64,000 nucleotides of DNA. It comes from an uncultured bacterium. GTDB lineage: Bacteria; Acidobacteriota; HRBIN11; JAKEFK01. Shown here piece by piece: positions 1 through 10,184 of this stretch. A model generated the notes under the pieces. That model worked only from the letters and a program-made list of their open reading frames with translations, was not told the DNA's origin and did not search any database. Both the position numbers and the translations under genes were made by a program. Position 1 is the first letter of the stretch, and every line of letters begins with the position of its first letter. The stretch lies in assembly GCA_963777505.1 (NCBI GenBank), contig CAVZQN010000001.1:480001-544000 (forward strand). The letters are read 5' to 3'.

Positions 1-1170
1 TTCACGCCGAGGACGTGCCCTACGTCTTGCAAAAAATCGCCGGCAGGATAAAGCACTTCATGAGCGTCGGGTTTCCATGGCCATGGAAAATTCTCCTCCC
101 ATACCCAGACCACAGGACGGCCTGTTGCATCCTTCACCATGTTCTCTCCGAGCTTTTCGAACTCAACAACGTTGACGGAGAAGCCCACATTGTAGCCAGC
201 GCCATATATGGCGGCCAAACCAGCTCCACTGCTGAAAGTGAAAGAGCCATCTTTAAATCCAACATCCAAACCTGCACCTCCACCGACACCCGCATATGCA
301 TCACCTTTACCGTAGACGCTTGCGAATTTCCCTAACGAGCTTCTGCCGGAAATGGATGCAGTTGCAGTTGCAAAAGCTTGTGCACCAAGCCGCAAAAATC
401 CATCGCCTTTCGTGACATCAACATTTAGAGTGGCTTCTGCTTCAGCAATAATTCCCGCATACGCATCAACGTTGATAATGGAATGCAATGAAGCATCGCG
501 GCCGAAAAATTTCACACTGGGAGCATCGTGTTTCAATTCAAGATGGAATCCGATGACTTCCAATGAACCTTGCAGCCCCAATCCGAGTTTCGCAGTTAAA
601 GTTTCTAGCTTAAAATCAGCCACTCCGAATCCACGCAATCTAGCTGATAGAAAATCCAAACGGCCTGTTGCGGAACCGGTTCCTGCTTTCTCATCCTTCA
701 ATTTCCGATCAATCGGATGCCGAAACACTGCACCCGGATCCAAATCAAACAAGGTCGTCCCTTTTTTCCAATCAAGAGAGCCCATCACATTGCTGTATTT
801 CTTTTTTAATTCTTCATTTGTGCCGGCAGATCGTGAATCTTTTTCTTTTACTTTGTCACTGTCGCCCCAAACTTCCTTTCCTGCTGCACCTTTGGGTGCA
901 GCTTTGGAAACCATATCTGCTCCCATCCGCGCTTTGCGCAGTTGGTCTTCCAGATTGAAAACGTCAAGCTGATTCAACCCCTTGAGTTCCGGCAGTTCGG
1001 GAGTATTTAACAATCCGTTGTTCAAAGGATTCTGGGATGTAACTTCTTCAAATTTGTCTTTTACGAATTCAGAGGCTCCTTTTAGAATCGAAGCCGGGCT
1101 TGTATTTGTCTTTTTGGTCCGGGTTGGCGCCCGGGACATTCTTAAGAATGTCTTTCAGGTCGATTTTCAT
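1..1170 (-). CDS. Orphan protein with Gly/Ala-rich beta-strand region, 3'-truncated by the window edge; probable frameshift near 1130; absent from the ORF track
   Basis: Manual translation: frame open from ATG 1139 to base 1 (MSRAPTRTKK...AYAGVGGGAGLDVGFKDGSFTFSSGAGLAAIYGAGYNVGFSVNV...). An AGGAG-preceded ATG at 1170 (MKIDLKDILKNVP) joins it if one base is removed. The + strand ORFs here are its shadows. Confidence 0.75.
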
Positions 1171-1210
1171 TGCGTCTCTCCTTTGCGTTTTGCGGTCCAT
1201 TGGCCTCTAT

Positions 1211-1226
1211 TGCAAGCGGAATGCCA
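1211..1226 (-). promoter_or_regulatory. sigma54 (-24/-12) promoter
   Basis: Minus strand TGGCATTCCGCTTGCA matches TGGCAC-N5-TTGCW, 40 bp upstream of ATG 1170. Confidence 0.7.
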
Positions 1227-1380
1227 GCTCTCAAATAACGCTTTTACGAGGAGAACGCGACTTTCGTTCGAGCAATCATTAGACAAGAGTTGCGCGACAG
1301 AATAACAAACGTTGCTTTCTGGCGTACAAAGGAGATCGCGACAAGCTTGAAACTGCCGTCGCTCTTATGCTCAAACGGAT

Positions 1381-3846
1381 CTATTCATTATGAAGCGCAA
1401 CCAAAGGATCTACGCGGGATGCGCGCCATGCTGGAATAATCGATGCGATCAAAGCAACTGTTACTAAGAACAGTAATGACATTGATATTGTAAGAATATC
1501 CGTTGGGGATACACCAACAAGTAAATATTGAATCGCTCTGGTAGCAAAAATCGCGATCGGCACACCAATTAGCAGTCCAGGCAAAGTTTTCTTCAATCCG
1601 TTTAGTACAATCATCCGCAAAACCACTGGTTGTGATGCACCAAGCGCCATTCGAACTCCAATTTCGTGGGTCCGTTGCGAAACCAGTAAGGCCATTACTC
1701 CATAGAGTCCAACAGCAGCCAGAGCAAGAGCAATAATTCCGAATCCACCAATCAGGCCTGTACCGACATCATACAAACGCATTTTTCCATATCGGATGTG
1801 CTCTTCAAGCGTACGAACTTCCGATAACGAAATTTCGGGATCGATTGCACGCACTTCCGATCGAACAGCGGAAATAATTTCCGCAGGTACGCGCAAAGTA
1901 TGAACATGCAAAACAGTATCAGAACCAAAATGTTGATGGAAAGGCAAATAGAAGATCGGTGTTGGGTCTTCAGCCGGCAAAAGGTATTTTCCAGTTTTTG
2001 CAACGCCAACGATTTCGACTGGTTCTGAATCCCGTGTGTTAAAGCGGAACTTTTTCCCTAACGGATTCTCTGCTGGCCAATATCTCTTGGCCATTGCCTC
2101 ATTCACAATCGCAACTTTTTTACTAGCTGGAGTATCGTTTTCACTAAAGACGCGGCCTTGTAAAATAGGCATTCCGACGGTCTTGAAGTAATCGGATGAA
2201 ATAACATTGAAGAGTTCTTGTTCGGACCCTTCGATCCGCTTTGTCTTGCCTTCAATGAAAACTTCGTAACCTCCATTTCGAAAGCCGATTGGAAGGTAGC
2301 GTCCATACGCGGCAGATTCAACACCCGGGATTGAGCGAACTCGTTCAAGAAGGTTACGGTAAAAAGTTCTTGAACGATTCTCATCATAGTGTAATAGTTC
2401 AGTATTCATCGCCATCACGACACGATTTTTTGTTTGTACTCCGACATCCTGTTTTGCTGCATTCATGGTTGATTGAAGAAACAAACCGGCGCAAACCAGT
2501 AAAACGAGTGAGACTGCGACTTGTGCAACCAATAACACATCGCGAAGTCTTTGACGGCCAGCTCCAACTGCGGAAGTACGGCCTCCTTCTTTTAATGATT
2601 CAACAAGATTTGTAGTCGATGCGCGCAATCCTGGCATCAAGCCCGCTAAAACACCGCTGATGACGGCGATCAAAAGCGAATATCTCAGTACTGTTGAATC
2701 AAGAGAGAAATTCATATCAAGGGGAATGTCCGTAGCAAAGTGCACATTTCCAAGCAAATTCGTTAACCAAAAGGCTAATGCAATTCCGGCTACCGAACCG
2801 AATAACGCCAATAAAAGACTTTCCGATAAAAGCTGACGCAAAATCCGCATGCGGCTTGAACCTAAGGCCATGCGGATAGCGAGCTCTTTTTGTCTTCCGG
2901 AAGCACGCGCATACAACAGACTTGCAACATTTGCACACGCCGCCAGCAGCACAAGGCCAACAAGAGTCATAAATATGATTGCGACAGGAGGCAGAAAGGA
3001 TGCTGCGGCGGGCTCTAAACGCGTTCGTGGTTCAGGATACAGGATCGCGCGTTGACCTTTATGAATTTCACTATATTCTTTTTCGAGTCTAGCTGCTTGA
3101 ACGTTTAGCGCTGATTGTGCCTGTTCATGACTGACGTTTTTTCGAAGCCTTCCTATAAAGAAGACGTCACCCATGCGACTTCTTTGTGCAAGGGTCTTTG
3201 AATAATCAGGATATAAATATTCCGCCGCGGTAATCGGAACATACAGCGTTTGTGCAATCAGACCTGAATTACCACGAAACTGCTTTGATACGATGCCAAT
3301 GATGGTGAATGAGGTGCCGTTAATTCGAATGGTTGAACCCACGACACCTGGATCACCGGCAAAACGTTTTTTCCAGAAGTTATATCCAAGGATTGCAACA
3401 TTGGATGCACCTTGTTGCTGGACTTCTTCAACAGTGAAACTGCGGCCAAGACTCATTTTCACACCAAGAACTTGAAAAAAGTTTCCGGTAACCATTGGAA
3501 ACATGATGTGCTCGGCATTCTTTTTTTCGATCTGAAGCTGACCTTCTACGATTGCCCAGCCTGCCGCATCCTCAAATACATTTTTAAGAGAACTGTAGTC
3601 TTGAAAGGTTGGATAACTTAGAGGCCAGGGCATTCCGCCTTCTTTTTCTGCCAAAACAACTGAAACCAGTTCATTGGCATTGGATGCACCCGGAAGAGGG
3701 CGAAACATGATCGAATATACAACACTGAAAATTGCGGTATTTGCCCCGATTCCTAAAGCCAGGGCAAGCACGGCAAGAATTGTAAATCCGGGGTTTTTCT
3801 TTAAGGTTCGAAGACTGAATTGAAGGTCTTTCAAGATTGAGTTCAC
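1381..3846 (-). CDS. ADOP-family duplicated MacB/FtsX-like ABC permease
   Basis: 821 aa; DLQFSLRTLKKNPGFT..LALGIGANTAIFSVV start, two MacB/FtsX halves (ELAIRMALG, EIGVRMALG), RVDPLVAL end; GGAGG RBS. Confidence 0.93.
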   Translation of the reverse strand: MNSILKDLQFSLRTLKKNPGFTILAVLALALGIGANTAIFSVVYSIMFRPLPGASNANELVSVVLAEKEGGMPWPLSYPTFQDYSSLKNVFEDAAGWAIVEGQLQIEKKNAEHIMFPMVTGNFFQVLGVKMSLGRSFTVEEVQQQGASNVAILGYNFWKKRFAGDPGVVGSTIRINGTSFTIIGIVSKQFRGNSGLIAQTLYVPITAAEYLYPDYSKTLAQRSRMGDVFFIGRLRKNVSHEQAQSALNVQAARLEKEYSEIHKGQRAILYPEPRTRLEPAAASFLPPVAIIFMTLVGLVLLAACANVASLLYARASGRQKELAIRMALGSSRMRILRQLLSESLLLALFGSVAGIALAFWLTNLLGNVHFATDIPLDMNFSLDSTVLRYSLLIAVISGVLAGLMPGLRASTTNLVESLKEGGRTSAVGAGRQRLRDVLLVAQVAVSLVLLVCAGLFLQSTMNAAKQDVGVQTKNRVVMAMNTELLHYDENRSRTFYRNLLERVRSIPGVESAAYGRYLPIGFRNGGYEVFIEGKTKRIEGSEQELFNVISSDYFKTVGMPILQGRVFSENDTPASKKVAIVNEAMAKRYWPAENPLGKKFRFNTRDSEPVEIVGVAKTGKYLLPAEDPTPIFYLPFHQHFGSDTVLHVHTLRVPAEIISAVRSEVRAIDPEISLSEVRTLEEHIRYGKMRLYDVGTGLIGGFGIIALALAAVGLYGVMALLVSQRTHEIGVRMALGASQPVVLRMIVLNGLKKTLPGLLIGVPIAIFATRAIQYLLVGVSPTDILTISMSLLFLVTVALIASIIPAWRASRVDPLVALHNE

Positions 3847-3976
3847 GGAGTCCTCCGCATCACTTTACCAGTTAATACGGAAGACGAAGGCAGAATGTTT
3901 TAGCAATCATGACTGTCCCCCGGCTAGAAAACACAATACTGTCTTTGCGTCTTTGTGGTGAGTCCAAAAACGAAAA

Positions 3977-4011
3977 TTGGGGTGGGTTCCCGAGAGGCGA
4001 ACCCACCCCAA
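3977..4011 (-). terminator. Rho-independent terminator of nrdJ
   Basis: 13-bp stem TTGGGGTGGGTTC/GAACCCACCCCAA followed on the minus strand by TTTTCGTTTTT. Confidence 0.8.
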
Positions 4012-4034
4012 ACCACTCAATCGTAGTTAAAACT

Positions 4035-6296
4035 TTAGCAGTTAGACCAGCCGCAGGCGTGACATTTTTCACAGCCTTCCTGTTTTACAGTTGGGCTGCC
4101 ACATTCCATACAGAGGTTACCGGTTGCAATCCCTTCGGCCGGTGTCAGAAGATCAGGAGCTAATGTCTCCTCTTGTTTTGGCATTTCTGATTTCGAATGC
4201 AAATACGTATGCAACGCACGAGCTATGGCGTCAGGCACTGAACGCACACGTTTTTGTCCAAAACCTACATCACGCGATCCTCCGATTCCTTGCAAATGAC
4301 GCACGATCAAATCAACGCGCTGTTCGGCTGTCAAATGTGAAGGCATTCGCAGCATTAATGAGAGACTCCTGCCCAGCGCTTCTGCATCAGCGGCGACATC
4401 GGATCCGGCTTTGCCCACATTCACGAATATTTCGAAAGCTTCCCCGTTGCCGTTCTCATTCACCGTTGTATATACAGTTCCATGCGGAGACTCTACTTTT
4501 ATCGTCCGGCCTAGCAACACATCCGGACGCCCTTTCATCGTCATCTCTTGGCGAGGCGTAACTTCCGCCGATTTTGCGACGGTTCCATGTGTCAGAACCT
4601 GCATCGGCTTACACCCATCTCTATAGACCGTAATCCCGAGACATCCAGTTTTATATGCCTGCATATAGGCATCACTTATGTCTTCAGGACTTGCTTCATT
4701 GGGAAGGTTAATGGTTTTTGAAACAGCATTATCAGTAAATTTCTGAAATGCTGCCTGCATTCGCACATGATATTCCGGTGGAATTTCGTGCGCGGTCTTA
4801 AAAAGAGTCTTCAGCTCCTGCGGAAGATTTGTTCCGCCGATTGTGCCATGTTTACGCACATGTTCTTTCAACGTTTCCGACCAATATCCTTCTTCTTTCA
4901 TCACCTGTTCAAAGAATGGGTTAAAAAATTCAAACCCAAGGCGATGTTTGAAATAAAGTCCAAAGATCGGTTCAATCCCGCTAGAACATCCAGCAATAAT
5001 GCTGATTGTACCTGTCGGTGCAATCGTTGTTACTGTGGAATTTCGAAGTGGATAGCGGTCTTTGTAAATCGATTCATTCCAGCGCGGAAAGACACCCCTT
5101 TCTTCTGCCAGTGTTCGCGATTCATCGTGTGAAACTTCTTCGATGAATTGCATGATTTTTTCCGCAAGTTGCAACGCTTCTTCGGATTGATACGGAATAC
5201 GGAGTTGAAATAACAAATCGGACCATCCCATTACACCAAGTCCGATCCGGCGATTATTTTTTACGATCTCATCAATCTGTTTCAATGGAAACGGATTTCG
5301 TTCGATGACATCGTCAAGAAAACGTACCGATAAACGTACCGTACGATCCATTTCCTTGTAATCAATTTCCCCATCTTTCACCAATAAACCCAAATTCAGT
5401 GAACCGAGATTGCATGATTCATAGGGATAGAGCGGTTGTTCACCGCAAGGATTCGTAGATTCTACTGGACCACAAGCTGGAATCGGATTTGACGCGCCTG
5501 AATTCACGCGGTCAATGAAAATCAAACCCGGATCTCCGGTTTGCCATGCAGAATCTACAATCTTTAGAAATACCTCCCTCGCATTCAATCTCCCCACCTC
5601 TTTGCCTGTCTTGGGCGAAATAAGAGGATACGTTTCATTGCGCTCATACGCGCCCATAAACTCTTCAGTCACAGCACAGGAAATATTGAAGTTACTGACT
5701 TCCCCCGATAACTTGCAGTCAATAAACTCCATAATGTCCGGATGATCAATCCGGAGTATTCCCATATTGGCACCCCGTCTCGTTCCCCCTTGCTTTAACG
5801 ATTCGGTTGCCGCATCAAATACTTTCATAAACGAAACAGGACCCGATGCAACGCCTTTGGTTGTTGAAACCATATCGTCACGCGGACGGATCCTTGAAAA
5901 TGCAAATCCGGTTCCTCCACCAGATTTGTGGATGATCGCAGCATTTTTTATGGATTCAAAAATCCCTGAAATGCTGTCCTCAACCGGCAAGACATAGCAG
6001 GCGGAATATTGTAAATTGTTGTTTTTGCCCGCATTCATCATTGTGGGTGAATTCGGAACAAACTTCCGCTCAACCATCATCTTGTAAAACTCACCGGTAA
6101 TGTGCTCTGCTTCCTCCTTACTCTTCCAGGAAAGTTCAGCTCTACCAATCTCTACCGCTACGCTCCAACAGCGATCATCTGCGGATTCGATCACATTGCC
6201 GTCTTCATCCTTTAAGAGGTACCTCATTCGGAGAATCTCCAGCGCATTATCCGGCCATGAGCTTTTCACGTTTGGACGTCTGAAAAGGGTCACCAT
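4035..6296 (-). CDS. nrdJ: Class II (adenosylcobalamin-dependent) ribonucleotide reductase with C-terminal domain and Cys-rich tail
   Basis: PNSPTMMNAG, SAC, TNPCGEQPL, ESCNLGS, TIAPTGTIS, GITVYRDG; C-terminal CMECG..CEKCHACGWSNC. Confidence 0.95.
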   Translation of the reverse strand: MVTLFRRPNVKSSWPDNALEILRMRYLLKDEDGNVIESADDRCWSVAVEIGRAELSWKSKEEAEHITGEFYKMMVERKFVPNSPTMMNAGKNNNLQYSACYVLPVEDSISGIFESIKNAAIIHKSGGGTGFAFSRIRPRDDMVSTTKGVASGPVSFMKVFDAATESLKQGGTRRGANMGILRIDHPDIMEFIDCKLSGEVSNFNISCAVTEEFMGAYERNETYPLISPKTGKEVGRLNAREVFLKIVDSAWQTGDPGLIFIDRVNSGASNPIPACGPVESTNPCGEQPLYPYESCNLGSLNLGLLVKDGEIDYKEMDRTVRLSVRFLDDVIERNPFPLKQIDEIVKNNRRIGLGVMGWSDLLFQLRIPYQSEEALQLAEKIMQFIEEVSHDESRTLAEERGVFPRWNESIYKDRYPLRNSTVTTIAPTGTISIIAGCSSGIEPIFGLYFKHRLGFEFFNPFFEQVMKEEGYWSETLKEHVRKHGTIGGTNLPQELKTLFKTAHEIPPEYHVRMQAAFQKFTDNAVSKTINLPNEASPEDISDAYMQAYKTGCLGITVYRDGCKPMQVLTHGTVAKSAEVTPRQEMTMKGRPDVLLGRTIKVESPHGTVYTTVNENGNGEAFEIFVNVGKAGSDVAADAEALGRSLSLMLRMPSHLTAEQRVDLIVRHLQGIGGSRDVGFGQKRVRSVPDAIARALHTYLHSKSEMPKQEETLAPDLLTPAEGIATGNLCMECGSPTVKQEGCEKCHACGWSNC

Positions 6297-6432
6297 GGGG
6301 GATCAGTCTCTCCTTATTTTTCTATTGTTTTTTGCCCTGTGCCCCTACATTTCTTCGGGGCGGAAAGTAGACTGATCCAATATACACAAAAGTTCAAAAA
6401 TCCACAACTATTTTTGTATGGTCGAGACTACA

Positions 6433-6448
6433 CCACAATATATAGTGT
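6433..6448. promoter_or_regulatory. NrdR box
   Basis: CCACAATATATAGTGT matches acaCwAtATaTwGtgt at 15/16 positions; upstream of nrdJ. Confidence 0.8.
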
Positions 6449-6484
6449 TTATGCGGGTTCGGCAAAAAGTCACGAGGATGGGGC

Positions 6485-6545
6485 TTTTTTAACGCAGAGG
6501 ACGCCGAGTTTCTAACGAGAATTCAGCGAACTCGGCGTTAAAAAA
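6485..6545. repeat. Inverted repeat (family B variant), possible bidirectional terminator
   Basis: TTTTTTAACGCAGAGGACGCCGAGTT ... AACTCGGCGTTAAAAAA. Confidence 0.55.
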
Positions 6546-6575
6546 TAACGGTCATATTATCAGCATAATATGATG

Positions 6576-6728
6576 TCACTTGCTGGCTTTTTCGAGTTCG
6601 GTAACTTTGATGGCGACTATTCGATCGAGACGCGTATCTTTCGCGCGATAGACCTCACCCATACCACCTGAGCCAGCGATCGATATAATTTCGTAAAGTC
6701 CGAGAGTGGTGCCGGGGGGAAGGCTCAT
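6576..6728 (-). pseudogene. 5' remnant of a Hanks-type Ser/Thr kinase
   Basis: Manual translation [50 protein letters not shown] has the Gly loop and VAIK, then stops. Confidence 0.85.
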
Positions 6729-6761
6729 GCTCCGATTTTACCGCAGTGCACACAGAGATTC

Positions 6762-7409
6762 CTAAGCGCTTTTTGAAGAATAAAAATACGGATTCAGCTC
6801 TGGATCAGCTTCCTGCGCCTTTCCAGGTGTGTCAAATAAAAACACGATACTAATACGATCCGACATACCACGAAGTGGCTGTACTGAATGCGGGCATCGA
6901 TTTGCTTTCATAATGACCAGTTGTCCGGCTTCAGGCTGAATTACTGAATGTTTTTTTGAAAAAAGCCATCGTGAAAATTTTGATAGCAAAAACTGATCAA
7001 GGACTTTTTGAGTTGAAGACAATGGCATGGAACTCAGCAACAGCCGGTAATCTTCAAAAACTTCGACCTCGCCTCCATCAACTTGATTCAAATAGAGGAT
7101 CGCTTTCACGGCTTTACTTTCGTAATGCCATGGAAGTGCTCTACCTGGGTAAGTGAAATGAACCTGAATGGCTGCTTTTGCGGTTGGGTATAACACAAGA
7201 GGAGTTTCTGAAAAATCATCCACAGCTTTCTGCACATTTTGAATGAGTCTGGCAAACGCCGGGATTTGTTCCGAAACAAAAGCACCATCCAAAACGCGAG
7301 CACGAAACATCGAAAACCTCTCCTTAACTAAATAAATGCTAGTAAGAAGTCTTGTACATTCTGTAGGGCTTAAAAAGTACTGATCCAAATAAAGGTTTGC
7401 ATTTTTCAT
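6762..7409 (-). CDS. 2OG-Fe(II) oxygenase superfamily protein
   Basis: WHYE..ILYLN..GGE..PEAGQLVIM..PHSV..RISIVF jelly-roll signature. Confidence 0.75.
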   Translation of the reverse strand: MKNANLYLDQYFLSPTECTRLLTSIYLVKERFSMFRARVLDGAFVSEQIPAFARLIQNVQKAVDDFSETPLVLYPTAKAAIQVHFTYPGRALPWHYESKAVKAILYLNQVDGGEVEVFEDYRLLLSSMPLSSTQKVLDQFLLSKFSRWLFSKKHSVIQPEAGQLVIMKANRCPHSVQPLRGMSDRISIVFLFDTPGKAQEADPELNPYFYSSKSA

Positions 7410-7520
7410 AGAGTCTTCCTTCCATAGAGAGAAGACGTATGAAATCAGGAGTGAACGTCGAAAAGTTTAAAGAACCTGTTTTCGCAGAGGAATCGATACT
7501 ACACGCTGAGTTTCAAATGC

Positions 7521-9070
7521 TCAGAAAAATATTGGGACAACGACTTCCGCACTTAAATGTCTTCCAGCTAAACCGACGTAACAATCGGGTCGTAACAGAT
7601 AAAAGGAAGGAATCGGAATGTGCATTCGAGCAAGTGCTTGATCATTACCATACGCGGTTGGAATTTCATGAACCTGAAGCAGTTCAAGTTTCCGAAGCGT
7701 GGAAGGAACTGGCGTTTGACCGACAATCATCAGATTGAAGCATGTATCATCAATTCGTTGGAATAAATCATCTGGGGGATCATCCGCAGAAAATTTGAGT
7801 TGTAACCATGGAAAGCGATCGCCTGCCCGCGGCGCTTCTTCGGGCCAATCTCCAAGTGTTTCAGAAAGGGAGCTTGCACGATATTGGATACCAATTTGTG
7901 AGATTGTGCGAAATGCCAGTTTTCGAATTCGATCGAAGCGCATCGCAAATGCAGCCACTTTAGCAATCACTCGCGTTCGCAAAATCCTACTGATCATCCG
8001 ATCGGAAACAATCATTGAAAAGGCTCTATCGGTTCCGCGGAGTAGTTGATTTGCGACCGGAAGGCGCTCTTCTTCGTACGAATCAAGTAAGGCTTCTTGG
8101 GAAGTCACCTTTTATGACAAGCGCAAGTTTCCATGCAAGATTATAGGCATCCTGTAAGCCGGTGTTCATTCCTTGCGCCCCGACAGGGCTGTGAATATGC
8201 GCTGCATCACCCAGTAAAAAACAGCGGCGGTCACGAAATCGCTTGGCGCGTCGATGATGAATCCGGTATGTTGAAAACCAACTGCATTCTTCAAATTTCA
8301 GTCTAATACCAGCATGCTTCGTTATGGATGGCGTTACGTGTGCGAATTCAAGATCATCGCGTGCGCGCAATTCTGGCGGCACAATTCCAACAATGCGCCA
8401 ATGATGGTTGCCGCGCATTGGAAAGAACAAGTGGAAACCATCTTGCCACAGATAAACGTTAAGCTCATCGGGCACCATAGATCCCGTAGCAGTGGTATCA
8501 GCCACAAAAAACACGTGATCGTAAGGTGCACCTTCGAACTCAATACTATTCAGATTACGAACGGCACTGCGGGCACCATCGCAGCCAACCACCCAAAGAG
8601 CGCGGATTTCATAAGAGCGAACCATCTGGCTGTCTAATGGTTGTTATTACATGATCGTTTTGTTGTGTAAGCCCTGTTAATTCGGTATTCCAGCAAATCT
8701 CCACATTTCGTTTGCGTAAGAGTTCTCCAAGCAATTGTTCATTATCATCCTGACCCAAAATCAAAAGAAACGGATACGGACTTAAACCACGGCCGATGTC
8801 GCTCAGCGGAATCCTTGCTCCATGACGTGCATTATTCCAAAAATTAGCTCCCGCCGTAACCTTCCCCAATTCAATCGCCCGATTTGCAATTCCAAGATGC
8901 GAATAAATTTCAATTGTGCGCGCCTGTACCCCGAGTGCTCTTGTCTCGATCGTAGGAGCGGGATGGCGATCAATGATCATGAAATCTACGCCATGACGTG
9001 CCAATTGATTGGCCAGCATCAATCCAGTTGGTCCAGCACCGACAATTAGCACATCAGTCTCGGTCAGCAA
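7521..9070 (-). pseudogene. FAD-dependent aromatic monooxygenase (PheA/TfdB-like), split into three frames
   Basis: VLIVGAGPTGL (8609-9070), VGCDGARSAVR and LLGDAAHIHSPVGAQGMNTG (8083-8625), GDRFPW..LLRPD (7521-8108). Confidence 0.85.
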
Positions 9071-9089
9071 ATTTCATTCGGTATGATGC

Positions 9090-10122
9090 TCAACTGCCCG
9101 TTTTTTTGTTTTCGGCCGCGGCAAGAAGTTGGAGTTCCTTTTCAAGCTCTGGGGTTTCCATGCTCGCGATTTTTCGTTTCAACCGCTGTAGACGCTCATC
9201 CGATCGCAGGTAGCTGCTTTGAGCATCGCGGATATGACCTCCGATTTTGGTGAAGTCATTCTCAAATCGAGCCATATCATTTTCAAGCTGTTGAAGCTGC
9301 GCCAGGATTTCTTTTGCTTGATCCGAAATTTGTAAACCGCGAAGTCCCATCAAGATGACCTGCAAATATGCATAAAACGTGTTGGGTGAGACGGGAATCA
9401 CTTTTTGCTTTAAACAATGTTCGTAGAGCTGGCTGTCCTCACGAACAATTAATTCGTAATAGACATTTTCGGCAGGAATAAACATGAGTGCAAAATCAAA
9501 TGTATTTTCGTCCGGATTGATATATCTTTCTGCGATGTCATTGACATGCTTTTTTACATCATTCAAAAATGTTTTCCGAAGCATCTTTTTTTCAGCTTCT
9601 GACTTCCACGGAAAACATTCGCTTAAAATTTTCGAGAGGAAATTTTGAATCCACACATAAAATACGCTGACCTATAAAAAGTGCCGCATCAACGACGGTA
9701 CCTCGTCCGAATGAATGCTGAATTCGAAAGGCATCGCTTTGAAGACATTGCGACAGCAGATCTTCCAGTAAAAATTCTCCAAGACCGCCACGCATTTTTG
9801 GAGACTGCAAAATATTCTGTAAGGATTTAATATCCCGCGCCAAATCCATAATGTGGCGCGTGGACTCTTTCATTTGTCCTAAATCACCTTGAACTTGCGC
9901 GATTACGTTTGTAGTATTACTGACCTGATTGTTGATCATTCCAAGATTGCTCGATAACGTTTGAGAATTCGATTCGAGTCTTGCAGAAAAATCTTGCTTC
10001 ATCTGGTGAATCTGCGTTTGCATATCGCCTCTTACCTGCTGCATCTGGCGATAAACAAACAACAGGACAACGACTATCACGACCGAAAGGATCAAAAGTG
10101 CAATCGTAACTGTTTCCATCAC
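9090..10122 (-). CDS. rmuC: DNA recombination protein RmuC, frameshift near 9605
   Basis: N-terminal TM and coiled coil, RGGLGEFLLE, VDSKFP; second frame YINPDENTFDFALMFIPAE, PVSPNT. Confidence 0.9.
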
Positions 10123-10135
10123 TCTCCTTTATAAT

Positions 10136-10179
10136 CTTTGTGGCTCTGCGGTTCAATAGTGAACTGCAAAGACACAGAG
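10136..10179. repeat. Family B inverted pair between divergent rmuC and SDR
   Basis: CTTTGTGGCTCTGCGGTTC-AATAGT-GAACTGCAAAGACACAGAG. Confidence 0.7.
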
Positions 10180-10184
10180 ATCAA

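Noticed and set aside
15-1305. Plus-strand ORFs of 106, 206 and 107 aa
   Set aside because: Antisense shadows of the minus-strand gene, which has the RBS and promoter
3900-3975. GACGCAAAG suggesting a c-di-GMP-I riboswitch upstream of the permease
   Set aside because: No GGCAAAC/GNRA stem or second-stem motif; it is a family B repeat copy
3872-4163. Short ORFs across the nrdJ terminator
   Set aside because: They overlap the terminator and repeat and show no protein features
4035-6296. Intein or intron in nrdJ
   Set aside because: Catalytic motifs are contiguous with no insertion
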